Assembly (NCBI GenBank): GCA_028534125.1
Contig: CM052816.1
Coordinates: 78,246,001-78,310,000 of the forward strand
Direction of reading: 5' to 3'
Origin: Lama glama
Taxonomy: Eukaryota
Length of the DNA: 64,000 nucleotides
Part shown: positions 1 through 13,880 of the stretch, piece after piece
How positions within the stretch are numbered: the first letter of the stretch is position 1
Layout: each line of letters begins with the position of its first letter
Notes under the pieces: model-generated
What the model was told of the DNA's origin: nothing
Seen by the model: only the letters and a program-made list of their open reading frames with translations
The model's database searches: none
Program-made: the position numbers and the translations under genes

Positions 1-300
1 ATATGTATGTTCATGTATGACTGAAGCATTATGCTGTGCACCAGAAATTGACACAACATTGTAAACTGACTATACTTCAATAAAAAAATATATATATATA
101 TATACCAGAAATAATTAAATATCAATGATTAAAGTTCTTTCTCACCACAAGAAAAAGGAAATTTAATCGTGTATGGTGAGAGGTGGCAACTAGACTTACA
201 GTGATCATTTCACAGTGTATGCAAACAGCGAATCACAATATTGTACACCTGAAACTAATGTAATGTTATATGTCAATTATAACCTCGATTTTTAAAAAAT
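1..300 (+). mobile_element. L1 3' ends: younger L1 tail (1-~90) next to older L1M 3' UTR (~130-300)
   Basis: acacaacattgtaaactgactatacttcaataaaaaaa and gtacacctgaaactaatgtaatgttatatgtcaatta motifs. Confidence 0.75.
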
Positions 301-419
301 CTTTGTCACCATATTGAAGCTTATCAGACTATATATTTTGTAATTTTTACCCTAAAAGAACCAAATGAAACCTTGTTGAACTAGATTGTGCTTAGTACTA
401 GTCATGATTATAGTAGCAG

Positions 420-630
420 CATCAAAACATTCATACAGTGCTTTACAAGGCACTTGTATATCTCACTGAAGGCCTCACAATGAGCCTATGATGGAAATGG
501 CAAGTTGTTGTATCCCCATCTTCTGCTCTGTTTGACAAGGGCAGAGAGGCTAAATAACCTGCTCACATCACATGGCTAGTAATGGGAGAGCCAGATCTAG
601 AATTAACATTCTTTGACTACTGGTTTAGCC
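420..630 (-). mobile_element. MIR SINE
   Basis: Reverse-complement MIR core (gcagagaggctaaataacctgctcacatcacatggctagta). Confidence 0.65.
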
Positions 631-987
631 TCTTATTTACACTATCAGATTAAGTCTGCATAGGTTCAAAGTAAAAGTGGTGTCACATCCGATAGGAAAA
701 GATGGATTCTTTTCTCTTACCCCAGGTTCCCAAACAGGAAACTTACATGCTCTACAAAGTGGATTGGACATCAGATATTCTTCCTAAATAACATCACAGG
801 GCAGTTTTCAATGCTGTTTAATATTAACCATAATTAGATATATAATTTAGTAACCACATAATATTAAATGCTTATTTTAATATCAGTAAATTTTGCTTTG
901 GACTCTGATGACTATTTTAACATAAATAATTGAAAATTCAGTTGACGCAATTTGCTTTACAACTCCTGATGTATATTTTCTTTATAG

Positions 988-1094
988 GATCCATTCTGGA
1001 ACAGAATGAAGAAGCCACTGCACCTTTTGGATTGTATACATGTACTATTGACAAGATATGTTGAGAATCCTAGCCAAGTTTTAAATTGTGAGAG
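988..1094 (+). CDS. NUP155: NUP155 penultimate coding exon ([36 protein letters not shown])
   Basis: tttatag acceptor, AG|gtaagt donor; translation matches recalled NUP155 C-terminal region. Confidence 0.95.
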
Positions 1095-1739
1095 GTAAGT
1101 ATGAATTAAATATTATATTATAACAAAGGCTTTTAAATACATCTAATAAACCTCTGGGTAACAAATTTGGAGACAGTGGGGCAAGATTTGGAGACTAAAA
1201 GAAGTATAGGAGATTTAAGCTCTTGTGTATATTTGCATTAACTATTTGAATGACATCGGTCAGCATGTATGAAAGATTAGTGTTTTCCATTTTTCAACCC
1301 TTGTATAGAATTCTCTATGTAAGTGAAAGGATACAATTTATGAATTACTCCTAAATTTCTGCTTTGAATTAGTGACCTAGGAAGTTCAGTTATGCCTTTG
1401 TGATATTATTGGCCATTTCAACGTGCATTTGTTTGAAAAGGCCGAAAGAATGTAAATAATTTAGTATTTAAGGAGTTATAATTTAGTGTTAATTTAAGGA
1501 GTTATCCCTTACTGCCTCCTTCTCATTATTATCTTCCAAAGGAAAATGGTGCTGATGTGGAATTCACCTACCCCCTGAGTTTCCTTCTCTGTTTTCATTT
1601 ATTTGCCATTTGTTTAATCACATGATCCTTGCTCTTCTGTGGGACTGTAAGTAAGGTTAGCAGAAGTTAAAGGGAAATGCTATAGTAGGAAATGTTTCTA
1701 AATGTGTAGATGGTTGATCAGGTGTTTTTTTCTTTTTAG

Positions 1740-1878
1740 GAGAAGATTTACAAATCTTTGCCTGGATGCTGTTTGTGGTTATCTGGTTGAGCTCCAGTCT
1801 ATGAGCTCCTCGGTAGCAGTACAAACCATCACGGGGAATTTTAAATCTCTTCAGGCTAAACTAGAACGGCTTCATTAA
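1740..1878 (+). CDS. NUP155: NUP155 last coding exon ([45 protein letters not shown])
   Basis: ttttag acceptor, phase 2 continues the previous exon, TAA at 1876-1878; known C-terminus AKLERLH. Confidence 0.95.
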
Positions 1879-1918
1879 TTATTGTAATGTATTTTCATCT
1901 GTGCATTTTGATCTGTAA

Positions 1919-2170
1919 AATAAAAGCTCAGCTGGGTCCAGGTATCAGGTGTTCTAAATCTAACAATTTAAGAACAGTTTTAGTAGAAATGTGGTTTTAA
2001 TAAATAGGTAGTATCAGTAGACAGTACATTTGCCAGATGAGTTCTTTTTTTACTACATAATACTATTTTGTTTTTTAATAATCAAATTAGAAAACAACCG
2101 AATTAAGATTATGATTTTAAAAAGGATATAAAAATAAAACTCTTATTTTGAATTTATAGTATTCCTTTTC
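1919..2170 (+). terminator. Candidate NUP155 polyadenylation signals
   Basis: AATAAA at 1919-1924, 1999-2004 and 2133-2138, the last followed by U-rich sequence; which is used cannot be told. Confidence 0.5.
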
Positions 2171-2486
2171 AAGTTCAAGGATCAAAACTTAAATAGACTA
2201 GCTGAGCAGATCCATTCCCATAATACTGGATTCTCCAACAGTTCTTAAATAGGCAAATCTCTTAAAAATTTATTTTGGTTTTGGCTTTATTCTTGGAAAG
2301 AAATTTCCTCCAACTACTAATTTTGACAGTTACAGTACTTGAAGATTAATACACATCTGGTTGTTCTTCAAGCAGGCAGTAAACTTGTAACCAATGTTCT
2401 GTGTCCTAAAAACCTATACAGGGAGATACTTTTTCCCTTAGTGTCCACCTAGCTCTTCTTTGCTCTGTGACTTCTGATTCCATTAC

Positions 2487-2662
2487 AGCGCAGTTCTCAA
2501 AGTCTGTGAACGTCAGCATCATCTGAGAATCTATTAGAGATTCAAATTCTCCAGCCCAGTCCTAAACCTACCGAACCCAAAACTTTGGGGTGAGTGCCAG
2601 CACTCTGCTTTAACAAGCTCTTCAGGACATTCTGGTACATGTCAAGTTTGAGAACCAGTGGA
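2487..2662. mobile_element. MER5A-like hAT DNA transposon
   Basis: cagttctcaaagt..cagcatcatctgagaa..aagtttgagaaccagtg. Confidence 0.7.
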
Positions 2663-5454
2663 TTAGAGGATATAGTTAGTTTATGAATTGAGCTCCCTGA
2701 TTTCTCCTCTTGCCTCCCCCATCGATGATCACAAGACACGAGCTTTACCCAAGACACAATATATAAAGCAAAGTTGTTAGTAATATAGTTTTTTTTAATC
2801 TTCAACAAAATTAGAATAACAAAACCAAATGCAGGAGAAGAAAAGAGTGGTAATGACCAGGACTAACAAAAAAGCGAGAACATGAACTCCTTTCTTCTGA
2901 ACTTTTATGCTTTCCTTACACTTTTACTTTTTCCCAAGACTGTGGGGTTGCGCCTTCCATATTTATTCTCTTATAACTTAGCTTCCTTTCTTTTATAATC
3001 TTCCAACTTGTAATATTTAATAGAATGTCAAAATGTCACTCATTAGGTACCACTACCTCTCATACTTTTCAGCTTTTCAACTCTTTAAGTTTAGATTTTT
3101 TGAACATATAAAATGAATTTATGCTATACATTGTTAATTCTGTAAATTCAAAATTCTGTCAGTGTCTACTTAAAATGAAAGTCTTGCTTAAATATTATAC
3201 TTAGCCGCAACTCTGCTACATGTTTTTATTTTAAGCACATTTACACAGAAGCACATTAATGTATATGTTAAATATATTCAACTCAAAATAATAAAGCTAC
3301 ACCTTTCAAAAGGGCTAAGATGGCTAAATGGTCCTTAAGAATAAGAAATTTGAATCCTGTTTCTTTCATTTACATAGTACATTTTGAGAGAGTCTTAAGA
3401 GTTCTAGCTGTACAGTAGATGTTATCAGTATCCTTTTGAGGGTGTGATTCTTAAGAGAAATTAAGGTCCCCTCCTTTTTAATCCTCTAGAAGAGTGTTTC
3501 TAAAATTTTAACATTCATAAGAATCACCTGGATAGTGTTAAACCAGATGCTCCACCTCCAATGTGATGTTGATACTGGTGGTCAGTGGATCAGACTTGGA
3601 GTAGCACTGTTCTAGCACATCTATCCACTTGGTTATTTGGTGTTCATTCAACACATTTCTTTATAATGACTATTAAACATAAATAGGCAACGAATAATAA
3701 GTGGAACATATGAAACTGCATTCATTGTAGGCAGTGAGGAGTCACTGGAAGTCTTGGTTGTGACATATTTGTTTAGATAGATCATTTTAGTATGGCAAAA
3801 TGGTTAGAAAAGAAGAGAAGAATCTGTTTTGAGTAACTGTACGAGGTATGGGATATTGATCCTGAATGCACGTAATGCATGTTCAACATTTCTTTAACAC
3901 ACCTGACTTATTAGTGACTTGTTCATTGAAAACCTCACTGCTAACCACACAAACTTTATCCACTTTTATGTTTTACAGTTAATTTCATCTCGACTCACAG
4001 ATTACTCATTCTCTTCCTCAGGATACTTCCCGCCTCCATCTTTTTCCCTCCTGTTCATGAGGGGAAAAATTATGATAGTGATACAGTTGTATCAAGGAAA
4101 TAAAGAAATAGAACATTGAATCTAAAGGTCTTGAAAGACATGATTTCCTTTCATTTTCTCTGTTGTTTCATTTTAATTCTCTTAAGTTTTTTTTTTAGAA
4201 TATTTTCGAGTGTTCTAATAAATCATTTAAAATGTTAAGTTTTATTTTCCTCATAAGGAGACTGAAGCTAAATAACACTTTTTTAAATCCAAAAACTTGT
4301 AAGTAATGTAATCTAGTTTTTTCACTTTTACTGTTCTGCTTCAATCATATTAGTTACAATACTATTGTTTTTACAGTTTTTCATTTTCAAATAAGCATTT
4401 CTATTGTATTATGGCATGCTTGAAATTAAACATTTGTTTTAAAACTCAGTAGTGCTTTTTGTATTTTGGCAGCTCCTATTAGGAAAACTAACTTTTTCTA
4501 AGATTAATCAGTTTAGCATGTGGGAGCTAGGACTGTCACATCTCCAGCCCACATCTGAGTGTCTTACCTGTGTAAGGAACATTTCCGCTTACATGACCTC
4601 CAAAGCTCCTTATGCAAAACAACCAAATCTGTACTCGTTCCTCTCTCTCTGCCCTCTGCCTACTCCTGTTCTTGCTTCATTTCCTACCTCAGTCTTTATC
4701 ATCTAAATTTGAATAGGAAATATGGGTAACACCTTTAAATGCCTTCCTCTCCCTCCAAATCCAGTTAGTCACCAATTTCTAAGCAACTCTTTTCTTAATG
4801 AAAAAATATCTGTCCAATTATCTCACTCTTTCAGTTTTTCAGGGTTTAATCAGGTTACCCTATTTCAATTGGATGCTTACAATAGTGTCTTAAGTGGCAC
4901 TTCCTGCCTCTAATTTGACCTCTTCATTTCCACCCCCAACAGTGTCAGAGTTTTGTAACTGTAAACCTAAATATATTACACCCCCACCTTTTACTCCAGA
5001 GAAATTTCAGATTCCTGATGTGGCAAGTAAGGACTCCATCGAAGATGACAAAAATAACAATCTCAAGTTAGTTTAAGCAAAAGAAGAATTTATTGGCCCT
5101 CAAAACTAAGAAGTCCAAATACAAAGCTACTTCCACATGATTAGATCCGGAGCCTCAATTTCTTAAGGGCTTTGTCTGGGTCAGTCCTGCTCTTCTTTCC
5201 ATCCTAACTTTTTGTCTACTTTTTGCAGACCTTTTGCTGCGTAAGTCCTGGGAGAGTGCTGTAACCCAGAGGCAAGTCCCAGGAAGGGCTCTGACTGACC
5301 TAGCCTGAGTCATGGACTCAGTCTTGGGGTACAGGATCATTCCCCAAACCATAAAGAACAGGAAAGAAGTGCTTTCCTAACAAACCAGATGCTAGACATA
5401 CATCAGTCCACTCTATCTGTCCACTTAACCTTGATTACCATTAAATTCCTTGTG

Positions 5455-7145
5455 CTTTGATGAAAACTTACAAGCTCATAGATCCAAGAAAATGAACCCA
5501 GAACAGGAAAGGCACAAAATCACACCACAGCACAACATAATCAAATTCTCAGCAAACTAGGAATAAAACAACTTCCTCAACCTGATAAAAGTCATCTATG
5601 AAAAATATACAGCTAAAATTACACTTAATAGTGTAAAGGATGTTTCTAGTCAACATAGTATTGGAGGTCCTGATCAGTGCAATTTGGCAAACAAAGGAAA
5701 TGTAAGACACACTGGAAAAGCAGAATTAAATGAGTGCTTATTCACAGACAGCACACTTACGTAGAAAATCCTATAGAATATACAGAGAATACTAGAACTA
5801 TTAACAAACTGCTAGAATTATTAATAGAACTATAAACTAATGATAGCAAGGTCACAGGATATAAGGTCAATGTATAAAAATCAATTGCATTTCTATATAC
5901 TAGCAACAAGTAAAAAATTTTTAAATATTAATTTAAATAGCACAAAAACCATAAAATAAGATTAATTTTTAACAATATAAGAACTGTATATTGGAAACTA
6001 CAAAAGTGCTGGAAGAAATTAAAGAAACCCTAGATGAATAATATATAATACTCATGCATTGGAAGATTAAACTTAGTAACCATGAATTTTCACCAAATCA
6101 ATAATGTAGATTTGATGCATTCCCAGCCAGATTTCCAGCAGACTTTCTTGTAGAAATTGACAAGCTGATTCTAAAATTTATATAGGAATGAGAAGTCCTA
6201 GAATAGCCAAAAGTTTTGAAAAAATAAAACTGGAGATTATATTCTACTGATTTCAAGATTTTGTTATAAAGCTACAGAAATTGTGATAATGTGGCATTGG
6301 TGTAAGAAACGTCAGTGGAACAAAATAAAAGTACAGCAGTAGATGCATACACATGGACAACGGATTTTCAACAAAGGTGCCAAGGTAGTTCAACGGGAGA
6401 AAGAACAGTCTTTTCAATAAGTGGTTCTGGAACCACTGAATGTCTACATGGAAATAAACCCCCAACCCTTACCTCATAAAATACACAATCACATCACAGA
6501 CCTAAATATAAGAAGTAAAATTATGAAACTTCTGGAAAAATACTGGAGAAAAAATTTCGTGACCTTAGATTAAGCAGATTTCTTAAGAAAAACCTTAAGA
6601 AGAAAAAGTTGATAAATTGAACTCCATCAAGATTTAAGACATTTGCTCTTAGACACATTAAGAAAACAAAAAACTAGGCCACAGACAAAATATTTACAAA
6701 CCAGAGATCTTATAAAAGATTTGACCTAAATATATGGAATACTCTTACAATGCAATAAGACAACTCCCCCCACATCTCCAGGAGATAAATAAGGGCAGAA
6801 AAGATTTGGATATTTTACTCAAGAAGGTATTTGAGGGGGAGGGTATAGTTCAGTGGTAGGGTGCATGCCTAGCATGCACAAGGTCCTGTGTTCAATCACC
6901 AGTACCATAAAATTAAAAATAAATAAATAAACCTAATTACCTCCTCACCAACAAAAATAAATCTATAAATAAAATTTTTTTAAAAAGATATTTGAATGGC
7001 AAATAAACCCATGAAAAGAAGCTCAACATTGTTACAAGGGAAATGCAAATTAAAACTATGATAAGATGCCACTACACATCTACAAGAATGGCTAAAATTT
7101 AAGACTGGCCATTGGCAAGGATGCAGAGTACCTGGAACTTGTACA
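5455..7145 (+). mobile_element. Old L1M ORF2/3' fragments, interrupted by a SINE
   Basis: gaaattgacaagctgattctaaaatt, caaaggtgccaag, gaaatgcaaattaaaac; no intact ORF. Confidence 0.8.
6835..6981 (+). mobile_element. tRNA-derived camelid-type (Vic-1-like) SINE
   Basis: gggggagggtatagttcagtggtag..gttcaatc head, acctaattacctcc body, A tail; imperfect TSD aagaaggtatttga / aaaaagatatttga. Confidence 0.85.
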
Positions 7146-9117
7146 TGATTAGTTATTTTTTGTTTATTCCTGACCTGTTCTCAGCTTCCTGATTAGCAAC
7201 CTGATTTGAGGTATCTAATTATAAGGGTACTTGGTATAATGAATTTTAAAATCTCTCTCGTTCATTCATTTTCTTTCACCTTCCTAAGAGGAACCCGATT
7301 TCATTAGGTCACCTTCCCTTCCCCTCCATAAATCAGAGCAGATCCTCACAGGTAAAAACCAAGCAGGACAACACTCCCATCTTCACACAGCGTTTGTGTC
7401 TCATGAAACTTGAGGCATATTTGGGACATGCGACTCAGTCTCAGTGAATGAGATGTGAGGGGAGGTAGGCTTTGGGAAAGAAACGTCTTCACTCTTCTGA
7501 TAAATCTGTCAAGGGCTGCTCCCCTCTCAGGATGATTGTGGCTTGACTGCCTTAAGTCAGTGGTGTGCTGAGGCCCCTGGAACTGGGTTTTGAGAGTGGA
7601 CTGTTAACTTTTCAGGAAATCTGTGAGCCAGTTGATGTCAGGCTTTAACTTGAAAGCAGTCATGGTAGGAAAATTTACCCCACAGAAATTGTCCAGTGCT
7701 ATGAATCATGACTCTTCCCCCACCTCCTAGAGCAGTTTGTTAAATATTTACAAGCCTGCAACTGCCTTAAGTCCTGTGGGGCCCATTTAGTTAGCTGGGG
7801 GTGGGAGGACATAGGAGGACAGGGTTATGTACTACTAATACGGTTACTAAGGTCCACCTCTGAGTGTGTGAAGCAATCCTCAAAGACAGAGTCTGCTAAG
7901 ACAGCACCCAAAAGATGCCTTGTGCTTAGAATCTGCCACAAAGGAGCTTATGTTACATTCCCTGAATGTGTCCTACATTTATTCAATATGATGCAACTGA
8001 ACTCATAATCTTCCTCCACTTCTCTATCAAAATCCTACCCATCCTTTAAAGGTGAATCTGTTGGGGAGCCAATAGAGGACCCTTCTTCACTTTGTCAGCA
8101 GTTTTATTTTTGTTTAAATGATAGCTTTCCAAATGTTTAAAAAAAAACTTCAAAATAACACACAGAAAAGTAAACAAATCATATATTAAGAATAATAAGT
8201 TTCCTCAAAGTGAACACATTTGCCTACCTAACCACCTCAATCAAAATACAGAACCTTACCTAAAAGCACATATTCTTTCCTATATCCTGTCCTGATAGCC
8301 CAGGTCTTATTATTTGACTTATTTTTTCCCTTTATCTTAGTTATGTTTTTTTCCTTCTAATGGGTTTTCTGAAAGTAGAACAACTCCAATTGCCATTTAA
8401 ACAAGAAAAAAATTTAGAACTGAAATTAAAAGTATGCACGTTACATCAGTATGATTACACTCATCTAAAGATAAGGTCCAGGCAGTGGCTTGGTAAACTG
8501 TTGAGGCATCCATCACAGCCCCTCATCTATTGGGTTACAGTTGCTGTGGGTCCACTTTCTGCAGTAGAGCCTCGGAAAAGAAATCAGAGCATGGTCTCTA
8601 CCTTTGGGATGATATATGGATCCATAGTGCTTGCCATGGGAAATAAAGTCCGTTGTCTCTGACAACTCTGGCAACTGTCATTGATTGTATAATTCAGTTT
8701 AATAGTCAAAATGACTTCTGGCTACTTACTCGTTATCTGCCTAAGTATGTGATAAGTTAACCATCTAACTGACAAGCAATGGAAGGCATACTTAAAACAG
8801 TTGCATTTCAGGTGACAGGGGAAGTCCAGGATTAATTATTGCCATTACAGTCTTGCAACTCACATTATCACAGTGACACTTAACTAGAGCATAAACCAGT
8901 CATTGCATGTGCTGTTCTTTGTTTGTTTGTTTTTAAGGCCAAGTGATTGACTAAAAATGAATATATGACTTTAAGCTGTTCCAATCGGAATGAAGCCCAG
9001 GTTGGAGAAATAGATCTTTTTCTGTTGGAGAGTAAGTTTGGATAGATAATCTAAAATCTGGGACATCTGTAGCCCCTTTGCTACCACAACAGAGATGATA
9101 TTTTTAAAGAATATTTT

Positions 9118-9525
9118 GGATGGATGGACCTAGAAATTATCATACTAAGTGAAGTAAGTCAGAAAGAGAAAGACAAATACTACATGATATCACCTATATG
9201 TGGAATCTAAAATATGATAAAATGAAGTTATTTACAAACCAGAAAAAGACTCACAGACACAGAAAACAAACTTATAGTTACCAAAGGGGAAGTAGTTGAG
9301 GGAGATAAATTAGGAGGTTGGGATTAGCAGATACTAACTACTATCCATAAAATAGACAAACAGCAAAGTCCTACTGTATAGCACAGGGAACTATATTCAA
9401 TATCCAGTAATAAACCATAATGGAAAAGAATATGAAGAAGAACATGCGTTTAACTGAATCACTTTGCCATACACCAGAAACTAACACAACATTATAAATC
9501 AACTATACTTCAATAAAAAAATTTT
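9118..9525 (+). mobile_element. 5'-truncated cetartiodactyl-type L1 3' end
   Basis: atggacctagaaattatcatactaagtgaagtaagtcag..tactgtatagcacagggaactatattcaata..caactatacttcaataaaaaa. Confidence 0.85.
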
Positions 9526-9577
9526 AAAAGAATTTTGGGGGAAGTAATTTTATACTTGTTAAATCTTATGCTGCACA

Positions 9578-10190
9578 TGGTATCAGTCAGGGTTCGATCA
9601 AAGAGAAAGAAGCACTAGAAAATGTGTGTGTTTGTGTGTTTATAGGGATTTGACCTTATGCAATCGTGAGAGCTAGTTCAAGTAGTCTCTGAAAGGCTGT
9701 TGTCTTTGCTTCAGATGCTGGAGCTTGAAGTTCACAGAGCAGTTGATTAGCAAGTGAAGACAGGTGCAAAGCGGAAGAGAAATAAGGAAAGTCTGGGACC
9801 TGTGAGCTTGAGCTGGAGCTCATGAGAACACACCCAAAGCCATGTCAAGCCTTGTTATTTCTCATCTTAGTGGTATCGGTGTCCTGCAGAAGCTGGGACC
9901 TTCTTGGAGCTAAATACTTACATGTGTCAGGAATTGGAGCCTCTGAAAGAGGATCCAAGGGAAGTTAGAGCAGAGGCAAGTTTTGCTACTGCCTTACAAG
10001 AAGGTAAGCCAGCAGATGAATGACCACATATGTGAGCTACAAAATGACTGCTGTTTCACTTCAGCCCTCAAATCCCTCCCATAAGAAGAATTGCTCTTGT
10101 GGTCTATTCTAGCTAGAAACATGCAAGGAAGGGAATTCTGGAAAATGTAATTCAGCCTAACCAAACTGATGTATTATAAAGCTACCACAC
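9578..10190. mobile_element. ERVL/MaLR-class solo LTR
   Basis: tatcagtcagggttc start and gaagggaattctggaaaatgtaattcagcctaaccaaactga end. Confidence 0.55.
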
Positions 10191-11599
10191 TACCCATTCA
10201 CTGAGTCAATGGCATGCACTCCTTTGTAGAGAAGCTAGAAACCACCTAGAACAAAGGTTTTGCTTTCAGCTTGAAGTTTCCAAGCAAAATTATTATTTGA
10301 TTCCTTGGTGAGACAACTGTCTAAACAGCTCACCTTTAGTCACAGAGAAAGGGACTCTAAATGTCTTGTTATATCAAATTCAAAGCACTGAAGTCTGAAT
10401 CTGGACTTTTGCCATAAGTCACAATACAATAGCCATCCAGAGAGGACTCAGAATATGTGTAAGAGAAGTACTATTCAGGAGGAAAAAGAGAGTCCCCTTC
10501 TCCCCCAACTTAGTGGAAACAAGGAATCAGATATGCATATATTTCAAGGTAAAATCTCGTGGGGATGTGGTTGAAGAGAAAGTTGAGAGCTAAGTAGCTT
10601 TTCCCAGTTATTAGAAAAGATTGTTCTGTAGGATGCTTCCTCTCTCCCAATATGGGGATGGTCCCAGAAGAATAAAACATGGTAACGTGTGATAATTAGA
10701 GAAAAGAGCTGAATCATCACTCCTAACCTGCTCTCAGCCTCTTGTGTCTAGCTCAAGGAACATTCTCACATGCTCTGGGGGACTTGAGAGCAAGAGGATC
10801 CCACTGTAAAGGCTGCAGAATGGAGAGATGAAGGATGTGGCCAAGCCTTAGTTGGCACGCTTGCAACATCAAGGGGGAAATAAGAGACTCTACATCACAG
10901 ACACTACAGTGGACACCAAAGCAAGAGACCCAGGAGTCAGCATCAGATATCCTGAAGCAGTGATGGCTAAGAATATAGAAAACAACGTTTGAATGCAAGC
11001 ACTCTCTTTCCCCATTGCCTTTAAGGGCATATAACCCCTCCTACCACAATCACAATGAATCTACACTGTACACTAAGTGGAATGAGAAGACAATCTGCAA
11101 GACAAAGCATTCATCTGAAAGAGATTTTACAAAAGAAGAAATGGAAGTACCATTAATTGTCAAGGTAAAGACTTTCCCTGCTACATCATGGGGTATAGGC
11201 TCATAAAGAACATTTAATTACAGAAAAAAATTTTAAACTACATTTTCCTTGTAAAATAAGTAGATGTGCCATCTTCTCACTTTATCACAAAAAGAAGCCA
11301 GCCTGAAGACAAAAGGCAGAGTGAAGAGAATTTGGGGAAAATAGAACAAAGGCCCTGCCGGATCAAAACTTTTAAGAAACCTGCTGAGCCAATCAACTTC
11401 TTATATTGTTAAATCCAGTCTGTGTGGGGTTCTCTGTTACTTGAATCTTTATTAGGTTTAAAGATAAGCATTTTAAATCAGCCAGTAAGTCAAAATTGGG
11501 AATTGAATATAGAATATCTAACATCCCAAACTGGACTCTTAATCACTGAACATAATACAAAGCTCACATGCCATTCCCGTTGTGTTGTTTGCTGCATCT

Positions 11600-11772
11600 G
11601 CAACCACTTGCTACTCAAAGTGTGGTCCAAGGACCAGCAGCATCGGCATCACCTGGGAGCTTGTTAGGTGAGCCAATCTTAAGGCTCCAGCCACTCCAGA
11701 CCTACGAGAATTTGCAGCTTAACAAGATTCCCAGGTGATTCATATGTACATTAAATTTTGTGAAATACAGTT
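11600..11772. mobile_element. MER5A-like DNA transposon
   Basis: ctactcaaagtgtggtcc..cagcagcatcggcatcacctgggagcttgttag..aacaagattcccaggtgattc. Confidence 0.8.
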
Positions 11773-11909
11773 CTAAGTCATTTTTTTCTTTGGGTTCTTA
11801 CAGCATGTTCCTTATTCATAGCTAGTTACATACTCTCCTATCTCCTCACCAAAACTGTGATACCCCAGAAGGCAGGAAAAAGGTATAATTATTTTTCATG
11901 TTCTAACCA

Positions 11910-12355
11910 CTTGTGATAAAGATGGCTATTTGTCCACTGAAAGCATTCTTTCAGTCTTTCTAGGTATCTTGCTAATCTACATTTCCCAGCTTGCCTTGTG
12001 GTTAGGTGTGGCCAGTTGTCTGAGTTCTCTCCAAAATAACACAAGCAGAAATATTGTGTACTACTTCTGGGCCTAGGTCTCCAGACTGTGGGTATGCTTT
12101 CTCTTTTACCCTTCCCTTTGGCTGGAATCCACTGGGACTCAGTCTTTATTATGCAACGAGACACTGGAGAATTACAGAGCGAGGATCTCAAAGAAGCCTG
12201 GATCTCTGAATAACTGTGTGGAGCAGAGCTACTCTGCCAAACTGAATCACTCACCTTGTAATAGTTACACAAGAGAGAAATAATTGTCTATATTCTCCAG
12301 GCTACTTATTTATAGTAGAGGCTTTTTGATATGGCAGCCTAGTCTTACCCTAGAT
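11910..12355. mobile_element. MLT1-type MaLR LTR
   Basis: ctacatttcccagcttgccttgtggttaggtgtggcc..aagcctggatctctgaataactgtgtggagcagag. Confidence 0.65.
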
Positions 12356-12879
12356 AACTCACCACTCCATCGTATAATAGACCTCAGCTTATAATTCACC
12401 TTGTGGAGGGAGAATGGCCTCAGACACACAGTTCTCCTGCCTTGTACCCTTTGTTTGCTAAGGTAAACCAAGCTGATAGCTTTCCATTTGAGAGAGCTGA
12501 GCCATTTACTCAGCGGAACACACCTAGCCTAGCCAAAGGTAACAAGCCCAAGTGCTTTCAAATACCAGGCCAGTGAGTTAGTGACATCAGCGAGTGAAGA
12601 GAAGGGCGGGTAGGGAAACGGAGAGCATGCCCCTGCTTAAGGTATGCAAATTTAAGCTACAGAAAACTGCCTTCTCAAGCCAAACATAGCCCTAGAGCTG
12701 CATTTTCCTGTACCCTGTTCCCCCTCGGTCGGCAGGACCAGCATAAGGGCGGTAACAGTATAGTAAATTAACAAGTTACTAGGAATTCAGAGTACTGACA
12801 CGCTTTCCTTAGCGCCTTAAGTTGCCCACCTGATCTGTGCAGAGCAGTGTACTACTCCTTTATTCTCGGGTCTATGGAG

Positions 12880-13880
12880 GTCTCCGCTAGGGTGGCGACA
12901 TCCCGTGATTTACCTATTGGTATTAAAAACGGTTTCCTGGAAAGCCCTGCACAACGCCTGGGCACTCAAAGGCGTGTGTCTGAGGAGCGCACCGGGGAGG
13001 TGAAGATAGAAAGACCTGCCGAAGCCGAGGAGACCGCGAGAGGGAGAAGGGGCAGCCGAGCGGAGGAGACGGAGGCGAGGGAGGCGGTGCGGAGGCGCTG
13101 GACGGCGGGAGGAAGAGGGCGGGAACCCGGAGGAGCCCTGGAGAAGAGGAGGGAGGAGCATCTGGAGCCTCCAGCCTGCGCTCCCGGCTGGCTCGGAGCA
13201 GGCGCACTGGCGGCGCTCGCCCGCGTCCCCTTCCCCGCCCTCGGCCGTCGCCAGGGCGCAGGCTCGCGTCAGGGCTGGCGGCTGGGCCCGCGGCCGCCGC
13301 CCTCCCGCCTCGCCGCCGCGCTGCCCGCTTCCCCCTCGGCCTCGCCGCGCCTTCCCGCCCCGGACGCACTGGGCCCTGGCGGAGGTAACTGCCCGCAGAT
13401 TCCTGCCCCTCACGGCCCCAGCCTCTTCCCCACGGCGTCGGGCCCGGCGTCCTCGGGCTCCTCGGGCTCCTCGTTCCCCCTCACACCCTCCTGTCGTGCA
13501 CGCCCGCGACCTCCCCCAGCCCCGCCATCCCCCGCCGCACCCAGGCGCCTCGTCCTGTCCCTCTGCCCGGTCCCCGGCTTCCCCCGTGTCGTCCTCCCGC
13601 CGCAGCATCGTCAGGCCGACGGAGGTGCGTGGGCTCCGAGCGGCCCAGGTTGCCGGGAGCTGGCTGGGGACGAAGTCTGGCTCGGCCCAGACCTCAGCCC
13701 CAGACCGGGTCCTCCAGCTCCAGTGCCGTCCCCGGTGGGCACCGCGGTGGCACCTCGCGGAGTAGAGGGCCGCCCTGCCGCGCAGGATCCGGTTGGAGTC
13801 CCCTGGGGATGACTTCTGCGACGTGCTCTTAGGGTAACTCCTGTGTTGACCTTAGTGGGTGATAAATTAAACGCGCAGGA
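12880..13880. promoter_or_regulatory. CPLANE1: CpG island / CPLANE1 promoter with non-coding exon 1
   Basis: Abrupt GC- and CpG-rich tract ~3 kb upstream of the first coding exon; GC boxes; candidate donors GAG|gtaact (13385) and GAG|gtgcgt (13625). Confidence 0.85.

Noticed and set aside
8360..8662. 100-aa ORF
   Set aside because: No recognisable homology or splice context; ends in LTR-like aataaagtcc..tgtctctgac
12847..13832. 321-aa, 232-aa, 148-aa and other overlapping ORFs on both strands
   Set aside because: Low-complexity Pro/Ala/Gly/Arg ORFs expected from stop-codon scarcity in a CpG island; CPLANE1's ATG is preceded by an in-frame stop
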